Positions 48,123-58,603 of a stretch of 64,000 bases of DNA are shown one piece after another (positions within the stretch are counted from its first letter, which is position 1; every line of letters begins with the position of its first letter). The DNA comes from Verrucomicrobiota bacterium. GTDB lineage: Bacteria > Verrucomicrobiota > Lentisphaeria > Lentisphaerales > Lentisphaeraceae. The notes below the pieces were generated by a model. It did not search any database. It saw only the letters and a list, made by a program, of their open reading frames with translations, and was not told the DNA's origin. Both the position numbers and the translations under genes were made by a program. The DNA lies in NCBI GenBank assembly GCA_039798785.1, contig JBDKFG010000013.1, positions 10,207 through 74,206 on the forward strand, given 5' to 3'.

Positions 48123-50642
48123 ATGATCCATCAGCTTGCCACCCTACTGCTCTGCCTCGACATCGGCGCCAACTTAAGCCGCTCCACCCCGCCAGTCGCA
48201 GAAAAACCGGAGACCGCCAAACCCGCAGCCGAGGAGCATCTCCAGGTCCCGCCCGGCTTCGCCATCCGAAAGATCCACCTCGTCGACCGCAAGAGCGAAG
48301 GCTCCTGGGTCTGCATGTGCTTCGACGACAAGGGACGCATCATCGTCAGCGACCAAGGCGACAATATTTTTCGGCTCATCCTCAAGGACGGCGCCATCGC
48401 CAAATCCGAAAAGCTCAGCATCCCGGGCATGGCCCAGGGCCTGTGCTGGGCCTTCGACAGCCTCTATTCCGTCGTCGCCTTCGGCCCCAAGTGCGGCCTG
48501 CACCGCCTCCAGGATCTCGACGGCGACGGCACTTTCGAGAAGGACGAACTGATCCTGCCGCTCAAGGGAGGCGGCGAGCACGGCCCCCACGCCGTCATCC
48601 CCAGCTTCGACGGCAAGAAGCTCATCCTCACCGCCGGCAACCACACGCCGCTGCCGAATGATGTCGATCTCGACCAGGGCGGCAACTGGGGCGAGGACCG
48701 GCTCTTCCCGCAGATCCAGGACCCCAGCGGCCACGCCGTCGGCATCACCGCTCCCGGCGGCTGGGTGCTCGAGGTCTCGCCCGACGGCAAGGAGCGCCGA
48801 CTTCTCGCCTCCGGCCTGCGCAACGCCTACGACCTCGCCTACAGCCGCGACGGCGAGCTCACCACCTACGACTCCGACATGGAGTGGAACATGGGCACCG
48901 CCTGGTACCGCCCCACCCGCATCCTCCACCTCGTCCCCGGCGGCGAATACGGCTGGCGCACCGGCAACGGCGAGTGGCCCGACACCTGGCCCGACAGCCT
49001 CGGCGCGATGATGGAGATCGGCCCCGGATCGCCCACCGGCGTCGTCAGTGGCGCCCAGGCCAAATTCCCCAGCCGCTACCGCAACAGCGTCTTCCATTTC
49101 GACTGGACCTTCGGCCGCATCTACAGCCTCGAGATGAAGCGCCAGGGCGCCGGCTACCAGCTCGAGAAGAGCATCCTGGTCAGCGGCCGCCCCCTGCCGC
49201 TCACCGACGGCGCCGTCGGCCCGGACGGCGCCCTCTACTTCCTTGCCGGCGGCCGCGGCCTGCAATCCTCGCTTTACCGCCTCGAATACAAAGGCTCGGA
49301 AGACTGCTCCCTGCCGCCCCTGCCGGAGCCCTCCGCCGCGGTCAGGAAGCTCGCCGAGCTGCGCGCCAGCGAAGACCCCGCCGTCCTCTGGCCCAGCCTC
49401 GGCGACGCCGACCGCCTGCTGCGCTTCACCGCCCGGGTCCGCCTCGAACGCGCCCCCCTGGCTTCCTGGAGCGCCCGCTACCGGGCCGAGACCGATGCCG
49501 CCACGGTGATCGAGGCCTCGCTCGCCTGGGCCCGCAACAAGGGCGAGGCCGCGACGCTCTTCGACAAGCTCCTCGCCCTCGACAGCGGCAAGTTCGACGA
49601 ATCCCGCCGCCTCGCTTGGCACCGCGCCCTCCAGCTCGGCTGCATCCGCCTCGGCAAGCCCGCGCCCGCCACCGCCGAACGCCTGGCCGCAGCCATCGAA
49701 GGGGATCTCGCCTCGCCCTCGCCCGCCCTCCGCCGCGAAGCCCTCAGCCTGCTCGCCTGGCTCGGCTCGCCCCGCTGCCTCAGCCAAGGTTTGAACCTGA
49801 TGCGCGGCTCGGTCGCGGTCAAGGCCGAAATCGATGACAGCCTGCTGGCCGGCGACATCCGCGACTACGGCAGCGCCCTCAAGGGCATGCAGGAGAAAGC
49901 CCCCGACAGCCAGGGCCTGCACTACGCCTTCTGCCTCGCCCACTGCCCCGGCCCCTGGTCCGCCGCCGATGTCGACTTCTACTTCAACTGGCTCGCCCAG
50001 GCCTCCCAGCGCAACGGCGGCCACAGCTACGGCGGCTTCGTCAAGGAAGTCGCCAAGCTCGCCCTCAAGCAGCTCGATCCCGCCCTCCGCCAGCGCGCCG
50101 AAGCCATCCTCGCCAAGCCCTCGCCAGCCACCGCCCGGCCCCTCGCCCGAGGCCCTGGCCGCGCCTGGACCCTAGACGAGGCGGTGAAGGAGACCGCCGA
50201 CCTCAGCCGCGCCAACGCGGAAAACGGCCGCCGCCTCTTCGCCGCCGCCTACTGCATCGACTGCCACACCCACGGCGGCACCGGCGGCAGCTCGGGCCCA
50301 GACCTCAGCCAGCTCGCCCAGCGCTCCAGCCGGAAGGACGTCCTGCGCGACATCATCGCCCCCTCGGAAGTGGTGTCGGAACTCTTCCAGAATTCCATCG
50401 TCACTCTCAAGGACGGCGGCACCCTGCTCGGCCGCATCGTCGAGAGCGGCGACAAGCAGATCAGCCTGGCCAGCAACCCCTTCGACCTCAGCCAGAGACA
50501 GTCCATCCCACGCGACCGCGTCGCCTCGATCAAGCCCTCCCCGCTCTCGCCCATGCCCCCCGGCATGATCAGCGCCCTCAGCCCCGAAGAGCTGCGCGAC
50601 CTGATGAAATTCCTCACCGAATCCCCCGTCCAGGAGAAATGA
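48123..50642 (+). CDS. PVC-type beta-propeller dehydrogenase with HEAT repeats and heme-c domain
   Basis: AGGAGG RBS. VPPGF, GGGEHGPH, GLRNAYD, YDSDMEW and GPGSPTG; C-terminal CIDCH, GPDLS and SPMPPG. Confidence 0.85.
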   Translation: MIHQLATLLLCLDIGANLSRSTPPVAEKPETAKPAAEEHLQVPPGFAIRKIHLVDRKSEGSWVCMCFDDKGRIIVSDQGDNIFRLILKDGAIAKSEKLSIPGMAQGLCWAFDSLYSVVAFGPKCGLHRLQDLDGDGTFEKDELILPLKGGGEHGPHAVIPSFDGKKLILTAGNHTPLPNDVDLDQGGNWGEDRLFPQIQDPSGHAVGITAPGGWVLEVSPDGKERRLLASGLRNAYDLAYSRDGELTTYDSDMEWNMGTAWYRPTRILHLVPGGEYGWRTGNGEWPDTWPDSLGAMMEIGPGSPTGVVSGAQAKFPSRYRNSVFHFDWTFGRIYSLEMKRQGAGYQLEKSILVSGRPLPLTDGAVGPDGALYFLAGGRGLQSSLYRLEYKGSEDCSLPPLPEPSAAVRKLAELRASEDPAVLWPSLGDADRLLRFTARVRLERAPLASWSARYRAETDAATVIEASLAWARNKGEAATLFDKLLALDSGKFDESRRLAWHRALQLGCIRLGKPAPATAERLAAAIEGDLASPSPALRREALSLLAWLGSPRCLSQGLNLMRGSVAVKAEIDDSLLAGDIRDYGSALKGMQEKAPDSQGLHYAFCLAHCPGPWSAADVDFYFNWLAQASQRNGGHSYGGFVKEVAKLALKQLDPALRQRAEAILAKPSPATARPLARGPGRAWTLDEAVKETADLSRANAENGRRLFAAAYCIDCHTHGGTGGSSGPDLSQLAQRSSRKDVLRDIIAPSEVVSELFQNSIVTLKDGGTLLGRIVESGDKQISLASNPFDLSQRQSIPRDRVASIKPSPLSPMPPGMISALSPEELRDLMKFLTESPVQEK

Positions 50643-51337
50643 TCATGAGAATCCTGAACTCCCTGCTCCTCGTCGCCGGACTCGCCTGCGCCGCCGAACC
50701 GGCCGCGCCGCCCCCCGCCGAAAAGCCCGCCCAGAGCCTCTTCAACGGCAAGGACCTCAGCGGCTGGGAGGGCGACACCTCCTTCTGGCGGGTCGAGGAC
50801 GGCGCCATCACTGGCGAATCCACCGCCGCCCACCCCTGCAAGCAAAGCACCTGGCTGGTGCTCAAGGACCACCCCGTCGGCGACTTCGAGCTCACCGCAA
50901 AGTTCCGCTTCCTCTCCGACTGGGGCAACTCCGGCATCCAGTTCCGCAGCAAGCTTGCGGACGCCGCGAAGTTCCAGGTGCACGGCTACCAGGCCGACAT
51001 GGAGATGGGCCCGCAATACACCGGCATCCTCTACGAGCAGAACGGACGCGGCATCCTCTGCCCGCGCGGCGGCAAGCTGGTCTTCGACGCCGCAGGCAAA
51101 CGGGTCGAGGACGGCAAGCTCGAGGGCGTCAAAGCCCTCAAGCTCGAGAAGGGCCGCTGGTACTCCTACCGCATCGTCGCCAAGGGCCACCACCTCTTCG
51201 CCGAGATCGACGGCCAGCGCAGCTTCGAGGTGACCGACCCCGCCGCCGGCAAGGCCGCCCTGAACGGCATCCTCGCCCTGCAGATCCACCAGGGTCCGGC
51301 GATGAAGGTGCAGTTCAAGGAGCTGATGCTGAAATGA
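50639..51337 (+). CDS. DUF1080 (3-keto-glycoside hydrolase/hydratase-like) secreted protein
   Basis: Signal peptide. LFNGKDLSGW, DFEL, NSGIQFRS, GYQAD and GILALQIH. Confidence 0.9.
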   Translation: MIMRILNSLLLVAGLACAAEPAAPPPAEKPAQSLFNGKDLSGWEGDTSFWRVEDGAITGESTAAHPCKQSTWLVLKDHPVGDFELTAKFRFLSDWGNSGIQFRSKLADAAKFQVHGYQADMEMGPQYTGILYEQNGRGILCPRGGKLVFDAAGKRVEDGKLEGVKALKLEKGRWYSYRIVAKGHHLFAEIDGQRSFEVTDPAAGKAALNGILALQIHQGPAMKVQFKELMLK

Positions 51338-51370
51338 TGCGGCCCGATCGAGTGCCTCTCCTGCAACCAT

Positions 51371-51396
51371 CAATGGGGCCCGATCGGGCCCCATTG
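51371..51396. promoter_or_regulatory. Perfect 26-bp palindrome (terminator or operator)
   Basis: CAATGGGGCCCGA|TCGGGCCCCATTG between DUF1080 and the AraC gene. Confidence 0.5.
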
Positions 51397-51418
51397 TAAA
51401 AAACGTAGAAGGACGCCC

Positions 51419-52168
51419 ATGAACGCACTCCGCGACGAAGCCTTCTACCGCCGCACCGGCTGCCCCCCGCCCTCGCCGCTGCTGCTCCACCAGGCCGACA
51501 GCTTCTACTTCGCCAAGGATGCCGAGGGCCGCTTCGTCCATGTCACCCGCGGCCTCCTTGATCTCCTCGGCAAAAACGCCGCCGAAGTTCTCGGCCGCCG
51601 CGACGACGAGCTCTTCAGCCTGAAGCTCGCCACCGACTTCCAGCGCGACGACCAGCAGGTGATGCAGAGCGGCGAGATGCTCCAGGACAAGCTCGAACTG
51701 GTCCCGGCCGCCACCGAGCTGAAGTGGTTTATCACCGTCAAAAGCCCGCTGCGCGATCCCGAGGGCCGCATCGTCGGCATCGAGTCCGTCACCCGCGACG
51801 CCCGCCAGACGCATGCCCGCCTCGAACCCTTCCACGAGTTCTCCCGCTGCATGGATTTCATCCGCGAGAACCTCCACCGCCCGCTCAAGCTCGAAGAGCT
51901 GGCCGCGGTCTGCGCCATGTCGGTCTCCAACTTCGAACGCAAGTTCAAGAAGAACTTCGGCGCCTCCCCCGGCCAGTACCTGAAACGCCTGCGCCTCGAA
52001 AAGGCGGGGGAATGGCTGCTGCGCGGCCTCAGCCCCGCCGAAGCCGCCACCCGCTCCGGCTTCTGCGGCCAAAGCCACTTCACCCGCGAATTCCGCCAGG
52101 CCCTCGGCATCACCCCGAAGAAATGGCAGGAACGCCACCTCGGCAGCCGCCCCGCCCCAGCCGAATAG
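51419..52168 (+). CDS. PAS-domain AraC-family transcriptional regulator
   Basis: FAKDAEGRFV...EVLGRRD PAS domain; C-terminal HTH with SGFCGQSHFTREF. Confidence 0.9.
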   Translation: MNALRDEAFYRRTGCPPPSPLLLHQADSFYFAKDAEGRFVHVTRGLLDLLGKNAAEVLGRRDDELFSLKLATDFQRDDQQVMQSGEMLQDKLELVPAATELKWFITVKSPLRDPEGRIVGIESVTRDARQTHARLEPFHEFSRCMDFIRENLHRPLKLEELAAVCAMSVSNFERKFKKNFGASPGQYLKRLRLEKAGEWLLRGLSPAEAATRSGFCGQSHFTREFRQALGITPKKWQERHLGSRPAPAE

Positions 52169-52317
52169 AAACTGCCGGCCGACGGCGGCGGGGAAGCCGC
52201 AGTTTTCCGTGATCATGCCAAAATCGGCGGCGCATATTCCAGGATTTCCGGCATCAAGATCCCGGTGGATTCCATCTTAAAGGGGACGCAAGAACCCCGA
52301 GAGAGGAGTCCATCGCC

Positions 52318-53115
52318 ATGCCACTTGTCACCTGTGCAGGAATCAAGCTCAATTACGAAGAGCGCGGCCGCGGCCGGCCGCTCGTCCTGATCATGGGCCT
52401 CAGCGCCCCCGGCGCGGTCTGGGAAGAGCATGTCAAGGCCTATGAAAAACACTTCCGCTGCATCCTCGTCGACAACCGTGGCGCGGGTGATTCTGATAAG
52501 CCGGAAGGCCCCTATTCCACCGCGATGATGGCCGACGACGTCGCGGCCTTGATCACCGAGTTGAAGCTGGGGCCCTGCGCCGTCGCCGGCATCTCGATGG
52601 GCGGCGCCATCGCCCAGGAACTCGCCTTGCGCCATCCGCACCTGGTCCGCTCGCTTGTCATCATCAGCAGCTGGGCCAAGTGCGACGCCTACGCCGCTGG
52701 AGTCTTCCGCCACTTCCAGACGATGCGCCGCGTCGCCTCGCCGCACGACTTCATGCAGCTCCTCCAGCTGTGGATCTTCGCCGCTCCCTTCTACGCCGTC
52801 GAGGCGAACCGCCAGGCTCTCGCGGAAGGCTGCGACAAGGCGCACGAAGGCTACATGCCGCGGCACGCCTTCCTCGCCCAGGCCGAGGCCTGCATCGCCC
52901 ACGACGCCGTGTCGCGGCTGCCGCAAATCCGGGTGCCGACGCTGATCACCGTCGGCGATCTGGACATCTTCACGCCGCTGAAATTCTCCGAGGAGCTGCA
53001 CCGCCTCATCCCCGGCTCCGAACTCGTCGTCCTGCCCGGCACCGGACACGCCCACCACTGGGAAAGCCTCGAGCTTTTCAATCAGAAAACCACCGACTTC
53101 CTCCTCAAACACTGA
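52318..53115 (+). CDS. Alpha/beta hydrolase (enol-lactonase-like)
   Basis: DNRGAG, GISMGG nucleophile elbow, GDLDIFTP and GTGH. Confidence 0.88.
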   Translation: MPLVTCAGIKLNYEERGRGRPLVLIMGLSAPGAVWEEHVKAYEKHFRCILVDNRGAGDSDKPEGPYSTAMMADDVAALITELKLGPCAVAGISMGGAIAQELALRHPHLVRSLVIISSWAKCDAYAAGVFRHFQTMRRVASPHDFMQLLQLWIFAAPFYAVEANRQALAEGCDKAHEGYMPRHAFLAQAEACIAHDAVSRLPQIRVPTLITVGDLDIFTPLKFSEELHRLIPGSELVVLPGTGHAHHWESLELFNQKTTDFLLKH

Positions 53116-53130
53116 ACCCGGAGATCCCTC

Positions 53131-53985
53131 ATGAACAAGATTCGTTTTTCCTGCGAACAATACGCCTGGGTGATGGCCGGCTGCATCAAGCCGGATGAAC
53201 CCTACTACGACCGCTTCCCCCACATCTCCCAGGTCGTCGGCCGCTCCGGCTTCGCCGGCTTCGAGCCGATCGACAAATTCCTCTACAGTCATTACGACGC
53301 CGAACGCCTCGCCAAGGCCCTCGCCGGCGGCGGCGTCGAGCTCTCCTCCGTAGTCCTCCTCGACGACTGGCTCCACCCTCGCGAAACCGAGGCCGAACGC
53401 GCCGCCGCGGACCGCCTCATCGAGCTCCTCGCGCGTCACTTCCCCAAGGCCGTCCTGATGCTCTGCCAGATGCCGACGACAAGGCCTGTCGCGGAGCTGA
53501 AAACCCGCCAGGACAATCTTATCACCTGCATCAACGAGATCTCCCGTCGCGCCGCCGGCCGCGGCCTGAAATGCTCCTATCACCCCAACTCGCCGATGGA
53601 ATCCATCTGGCGGACCCAATCGGATTACGATCGCCTCCTGCCCATGCTTGACGCCAAGGTCCTCGGCTGGACTCCGGACGTCGGCCACATGGCCATCTGC
53701 GGCATGGATCCCCGCACCATGATGCGCGACTACCGCAGCCTCGTCAATCACGTCCACTACAAGGACATGAGCCCTCATTGCGACTGGGCCTTGATGGGGG
53801 AGGGTGTGATTGATTTCACCGGCATCACCCAAGACCTCGTCGACAGTGGCTACCAAGGCTGGATCGTGGTCGAGGACGAGTGCGAACGTGCCGTCCACGA
53901 GCCCGATCAGGTGACGCAGGAATGCGGCGATTACGTCCGCCGCGTCCTCAAGCCGATCGTCGCCAAACAGGTCTGCCTCTCATGA
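53131..53985 (+). CDS. IolE-like sugar dehydratase/isomerase (AP endonuclease 2 TIM barrel)
   Basis: YHPN, PDVGH, HVHYKD, GEGVIDF and GWIVVEDE. Confidence 0.82.
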   Translation: MNKIRFSCEQYAWVMAGCIKPDEPYYDRFPHISQVVGRSGFAGFEPIDKFLYSHYDAERLAKALAGGGVELSSVVLLDDWLHPRETEAERAAADRLIELLARHFPKAVLMLCQMPTTRPVAELKTRQDNLITCINEISRRAAGRGLKCSYHPNSPMESIWRTQSDYDRLLPMLDAKVLGWTPDVGHMAICGMDPRTMMRDYRSLVNHVHYKDMSPHCDWALMGEGVIDFTGITQDLVDSGYQGWIVVEDECERAVHEPDQVTQECGDYVRRVLKPIVAKQVCLS

Positions 53986-55937
53986 ACAGCCTCTGGTCAA
54001 ACGAGGCCGCCCTCGGCTTCGGGCCCGACCTGCTGGCTCAGCGTGTCTACAGCTCGCGCCTGCTCGGGGCCGAGGATTCGCTGGTCCTCCACGGCGGCGG
54101 CAACACCTCGGTGAAAGCCACCTGCCGCAACATCTTCGGCGAGGAGGTCCCGACCCTCTACATCAAGGGCAGCGGCTGGGACCTCAAGACCATCAGCGCC
54201 GCCGGCTTCTCGGCGGTGCGTCTGCACGAGTGTCAGCGCCTCGCCGCCCTGCCGGAACTCAGCGACGCCGAAATGGTCAAGCAGCTCCGCCTCGCGCTGC
54301 TCGATCCCGCCGCTCCCGACGGATCGATCGAAACCCTCGTCCACGCCTGCATCCCTGCGGTCTTCGTCGATCACACCCACGCCGACGCCATCCTCGTCCT
54401 CAGCAATTCGCCGCAAGGACGCGCCGCCCTGCCCGAGCTCTTCCCCGACTTCCTCATCCTGCCTTACGTCATGCCCGGTTTCGACCTGGCCAAGCAGGTT
54501 CACCAAGCGGTGCAAAGCGGTCGACTCAAGGGCAAAAAGGGCTTCATCCTGCTGAGCCACGGAATCTTCACCTTCGCCGACAGCGCCAAGGAAAGCTACG
54601 AAGCCATGATCGAAGCGGTAAGCCGCGCCGAAGCCTTCATTGCCGCCAGGACCTCGCAATCTTCTCTGCCGGTCACGCCGCCGCTCGACTTGAACCGCCT
54701 TTGCGCCGTGCGCAGACAGGTGTCTCTGCTCCGCAGACAGCCGGTGATCGTCCGCCGCGACGAATCGACCGCCGCTTTGCGCCTGTCGCAAACGCCGGAT
54801 TGCGCCCGCCGCGGCCCGCTCACTCCCGACCACACCATCCGCACCAAGCGCCTGCCTGCGGTCATTCTCGGCGAAAATGCCGAGGCTGCGCTTGCCGATT
54901 ACGTCGCCGAGTACCAGTGCTACTTCGATCTCCACGCAAAGGCTGAACACCGCCGCCTCGATCCGGCCCCGCGCTGGGCCGTCTGGCAGGACCGCGGCCT
55001 GCTCTCCTTCGGCGCCAGCCGTCAGGAAGCGTCGCAGATCATCGACATCGCCGCGCACACGGCCCAGTCGATCCTCGATGCCGAAAGCCTGGGTGGCTGG
55101 TCGCCCTTGAGCGCCGCCGAGCTCTTCGCCATCGAATACTGGGAACTCGAGCAGCGCAAGCTCAAGTCCAGCGCCGCCCGGCCGCAGTTGCAAGGCAAGA
55201 TCGCCCTGGTCACCGGCGCCGCCGCCGGCATCGGCCGCCTCTGCGCCGAAGAACTCCTCCGCCAAGGTGCCTGCGTCGTCGGCATCGACATCTCGGCCGA
55301 GCTCGAGGACCTCAAGCATCCGTCCTTCCTCGGCCTGCGCTGCGACCTCGGCGTCGAAGCCGAACTCAAGGCCGCGGTGGAACGCTGCGTGACCGAGTTC
55401 GGCGGCCTCGACATCGTCATCTGCAACGCCGGCATTTTCATCGCCGGGGACTACGTCGAGAAGCTCGAAAACAGCGTCTGGGACAAGACCCTGCAGATCA
55501 ACCTCACCGCCAACCGCCAGCTGCTGAAATACGCGATTCCCTTCCTCAAGCAGGGCCTCGATTCCGCCGTTCTCTTCGTCGGCTCGCGCAACGTCGGCGC
55601 TCCCGGTCCCGGCGCCGCCGCCTACTCGGTGTCCAAGGCCGGCCTCACCCAGCTCGCCCGCGTCCTCAGCCTCGAGCTCGCCCCCGAGGGCATCCGGGTC
55701 AACGTCGTCCACCCCGACGCGGTCTTCGACACCAAGCTCTGGACCCCCGAAAAACTCCTCAGCTCCGCCACTCGTTACGGGCTCACCGTCGATGAGTACA
55801 AGAAGCGCAACCTCCTCAAGACCGAGATCACCTCGCCCGACGTCGCCGGCGTCTGCGTCGCCCTCTGCGGTCCGCTCTTCCTCAAGACCACCGGCGCCCA
55901 GGTCCCCGTCGACGGCGGCAACGACCGGATCATTTGA
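53982..55937 (+). CDS. Bifunctional class II aldolase / short-chain dehydrogenase (RhaD-SDR type)
   Basis: [34 protein letters not shown] and [15 protein letters not shown] and YSVSK. Confidence 0.9.
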   Translation: MNSLWSNEAALGFGPDLLAQRVYSSRLLGAEDSLVLHGGGNTSVKATCRNIFGEEVPTLYIKGSGWDLKTISAAGFSAVRLHECQRLAALPELSDAEMVKQLRLALLDPAAPDGSIETLVHACIPAVFVDHTHADAILVLSNSPQGRAALPELFPDFLILPYVMPGFDLAKQVHQAVQSGRLKGKKGFILLSHGIFTFADSAKESYEAMIEAVSRAEAFIAARTSQSSLPVTPPLDLNRLCAVRRQVSLLRRQPVIVRRDESTAALRLSQTPDCARRGPLTPDHTIRTKRLPAVILGENAEAALADYVAEYQCYFDLHAKAEHRRLDPAPRWAVWQDRGLLSFGASRQEASQIIDIAAHTAQSILDAESLGGWSPLSAAELFAIEYWELEQRKLKSSAARPQLQGKIALVTGAAAGIGRLCAEELLRQGACVVGIDISAELEDLKHPSFLGLRCDLGVEAELKAAVERCVTEFGGLDIVICNAGIFIAGDYVEKLENSVWDKTLQINLTANRQLLKYAIPFLKQGLDSAVLFVGSRNVGAPGPGAAAYSVSKAGLTQLARVLSLELAPEGIRVNVVHPDAVFDTKLWTPEKLLSSATRYGLTVDEYKKRNLLKTEITSPDVAGVCVALCGPLFLKTTGAQVPVDGGNDRII

Positions 55938-56002
55938 ACTGGGACACAACTGGGACACGGCTGGGACACCATTGGGACACAACTGGGGAACGACTGGGAC
56001 TC
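55937..56002 (+). repeat. Six tandem 11-bp units (consensus AACTGGGACAC)
   Basis: aactgggacac x2, ggctgggacac, cattgggacac, aactggggaac, gactgggactc. Confidence 0.9.
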
Positions 56003-56076
56003 GTTTTTTGCCCCGGAGGGGCGTCCAGAAACCGCATTCAATCGCAATCGCAAACACCACAACACGGAGACATCAC

Positions 56077-56976
56077 ATGGCCGACCTCGACGACATCCAG
56101 GAAGTCCGCAAAGCAGGCAAACTCTTCTACCCCGAGATCAAGCAGCAGACGCCCGGCTTCTTCCTCAAGGGCAGCGGCAACTACGACTGGGGCATGAAAA
56201 ACCGCCTGTCGCAGATCTTCAATCCGACCACCGGCAACACCCTGATGCTGGCCTTCGACCACGGCTACTTCCAGGGTCCCACCACCGGCCTGGAAAGGGT
56301 CGACATCAGCGTCATGCCGCTCGAACCCTACTGCGACACCCTGATGCTCACCCGCGGCATCCTGCGCAGCATCGTCCCGGGCAGCACCCGCCGCTCCATC
56401 GCCCTGCGCGCCAGCAGCGGCCCCTCGATCCTCAAGGAGATGAGCAACGAGGTCCTCGCCCTCGACATCCAGGAGTGCATCCGCCTCAACGCATCCTGCC
56501 TCGCGGTGCAGGTCTTCATCGGCGGCGAATTCGAGACCCAGTCGGTCGACAACCTCAGCCGCATGGTCAACCTCGGCAACCAGTACGGCATCCCGGTGAT
56601 GGCGGTGACCGCCGTCGGCAAGGACATGGCCCGCGACGCCCGCTACTTCCGCCTCGCCTCGCGCATGTGCGCCGAGCTTGGCGCCCACATCGTCAAGACC
56701 TACTACATCGAAGACGGCTTCGATACAGTCAGCTCGAGCTGCCCGGTGCCCATCGTCATCGCCGGAGGCAAGAAGATCCCCGAGCTCGACGCCCTGCGCA
56801 TTGCGCGCAAGGCCCTCGATCAAGGCGCCAACGGGGTCGACATGGGCCGCAACATCTTCCAGTCGGAACACCCGGTCGCCATGATCCAGGCGGTGCGCGC
56901 CGTTGTCCACGAAGCCGCCTCCGCCGAGGCCGCCTACGAGATCTACCTGCAGAAGCGCCAGGGAGCCCGCAAATGA
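56077..56976 (+). CDS. lsrF: 3-hydroxy-5-phosphonooxypentane-2,4-dione thiolase
   Basis: MADLDDI start, FFLKGS...[31 protein letters not shown] and [11 protein letters not shown]. Confidence 0.93.
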   Translation: MADLDDIQEVRKAGKLFYPEIKQQTPGFFLKGSGNYDWGMKNRLSQIFNPTTGNTLMLAFDHGYFQGPTTGLERVDISVMPLEPYCDTLMLTRGILRSIVPGSTRRSIALRASSGPSILKEMSNEVLALDIQECIRLNASCLAVQVFIGGEFETQSVDNLSRMVNLGNQYGIPVMAVTAVGKDMARDARYFRLASRMCAELGAHIVKTYYIEDGFDTVSSSCPVPIVIAGGKKIPELDALRIARKALDQGANGVDMGRNIFQSEHPVAMIQAVRAVVHEAASAEAAYEIYLQKRQGARK

Positions 56977-57617
56977 GCCCCGCCGATTTCCGCCGCGCCG
57001 CCGCCGCCATCACGGCGAAGATCAACGCCGAGTGCCTGCACCTCTGCGAGCTCGATTCCGCCGTCGGCGACGGCGATCACGGCACCACCATCCAGCGCGG
57101 CACCAAGGCCGGCCTCGAGAAGCTGCAGGCCGCCCCTCCGGCCAGCCTCAGCGAGGACCTGATGAGCTTCTCGATGGGCATGCTCTCCAGCATGGGCGGC
57201 GCCTCCGGCCCGATTTACGGCAGCTTCTTCCAGGGCATGGCGATGGCCGCCAAAGGTCATCAAGCCGCCGACGCTCCGCTCTTCCTCGCCATGCTCAAGC
57301 AGGGCCTCGCCCAGATCCAGAAGATCGGCAAGGCCGAGCCCGGCGACAAGACCCTCATCGACTCCCTGTTGCCGGCGATCCAGGCTTATGAAGCCGCGCT
57401 TGCGGAAGGCGCGGACTTCGCCACCTGCCTGCAGCGGATGAGCGCCGCCGCCTGGCAGGGCGTCGAACACACCAAGACCCTCGTCTCCAAGCGCGGTCGC
57501 TCCCGCTACGCCGGTGAGCGCGGTCTCGGTCATGCCGACGCCGGCGCCACCTCGATGGCCCTGATGCTCGAATGCCTCGCCAACAACGCCAAGGGAGAGA
57601 CCTCATGCGCAAGCTGA
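56973..57617 (+). CDS. dhaL: Dihydroxyacetone kinase-family L subunit
   Basis: [35 protein letters not shown] and DAGA. Confidence 0.88.
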   Translation: MSPADFRRAAAAITAKINAECLHLCELDSAVGDGDHGTTIQRGTKAGLEKLQAAPPASLSEDLMSFSMGMLSSMGGASGPIYGSFFQGMAMAAKGHQAADAPLFLAMLKQGLAQIQKIGKAEPGDKTLIDSLLPAIQAYEAALAEGADFATCLQRMSAAAWQGVEHTKTLVSKRGRSRYAGERGLGHADAGATSMALMLECLANNAKGETSCAS

Positions 57618-58603
57618 TCAACCACCCCGACGATCTCGCGGTCGAACTCATCGACGGCTTCGTCCTGACCAACTCGAAAAAGGTCAAGCGCGTCGCCCGC
57701 CACGTTTGCGCCCGACGCGAGGCTCCCATTGCCGGCAAGGTCGGCATCGTCATCGGCGGCGGCGCCGGACACGAACCGCTCTTCCTCGAGTTCATCGGCC
57801 GCGGCATGGCCGACGTCTCCGTCCACGGCCAGATCTTCGCCGCACCCACCCCCGACGCCATTCTCACCGCCATCCAGGCCGCCGATGCCGGCCAGGGCGT
57901 TTTGCTGCTTTACAACAACTACGCCGGCGACGTGCTCAATTTCGACATGGCCCAGGAGCTCGCCCGGATGCAGGGCATCGAGGTCGAAACCGTGCTGATC
58001 AACGACGAGATCTCGGCCTTCCCGCCGGAGCGCGCCGAGGAGCGCCGCGGCACCACCGCCGACCACCTCGTCATCCACATCGCCGGCGCCGCGGCGGAAA
58101 GCGGCGCCTCCTTCGCCGAAGTGCTGCGCATCACCCGCAAGGCGGTGTTTAACTCCCGTTCGCTCGGCGTCTCCACCGCTCCTTGCACCCTGCCGGAAAC
58201 CGGCTTGAGCACCTTCGATCTTCCCGCCGGCCGCATGGAGTTCGGCATGGGCCTGCACGGCGAGGCCGGCATCCGCCAGTGCGCGCTCCTCAGCGCCGAC
58301 GCCACCGCCGAGCAATTGCTCGCCGCCATCGTCGCCGACTTGCCCTTCCGCGCCGGCGACGAGGTCATCGCCCTGGTCAACGGCTACGGCGCCACCACTC
58401 GCATGGAGATGTTCCTGGTGATGCGCCGCATCCATTCCTGGCTTACCGAACAGGGCATGAGCATCCACGCCTCCGAGCTCGGCGAGTTCTGCACCGCGCA
58501 GGAGATGGGCGGCGTATCGGTCACCCTGATGCGCCTCGACGATGAGCTTAAAAAGTTCTACGACGCCACCGCCGACAGCCCCGGCTACCGGAGCCTGCCA
58601 TGA
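57605..58603 (+). CDS. dhaK: Dihydroxyacetone kinase-family K subunit
   Basis: GGGAGHEP, IFAAP, NYAGDVLNF, RRG and GMGLHGEAG. Confidence 0.88.
   Translation: MRKLINHPDDLAVELIDGFVLTNSKKVKRVARHVCARREAPIAGKVGIVIGGGAGHEPLFLEFIGRGMADVSVHGQIFAAPTPDAILTAIQAADAGQGVLLLYNNYAGDVLNFDMAQELARMQGIEVETVLINDEISAFPPERAEERRGTTADHLVIHIAGAAAESGASFAEVLRITRKAVFNSRSLGVSTAPCTLPETGLSTFDLPAGRMEFGMGLHGEAGIRQCALLSADATAEQLLAAIVADLPFRAGDEVIALVNGYGATTRMEMFLVMRRIHSWLTEQGMSIHASELGEFCTAQEMGGVSVTLMRLDDELKKFYDATADSPGYRSLP

Noticed and set aside
52210..52270. Candidate AraC binding repeats upstream of the hydrolase
   Set aside because: Only weak CAGGATTT-like similarity to 47902-47910; not distinguishable from chance by eye.
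55937..56002. Possible CRISPR array
   Set aside because: Contiguous 11-bp units without spacers, and no cas genes.
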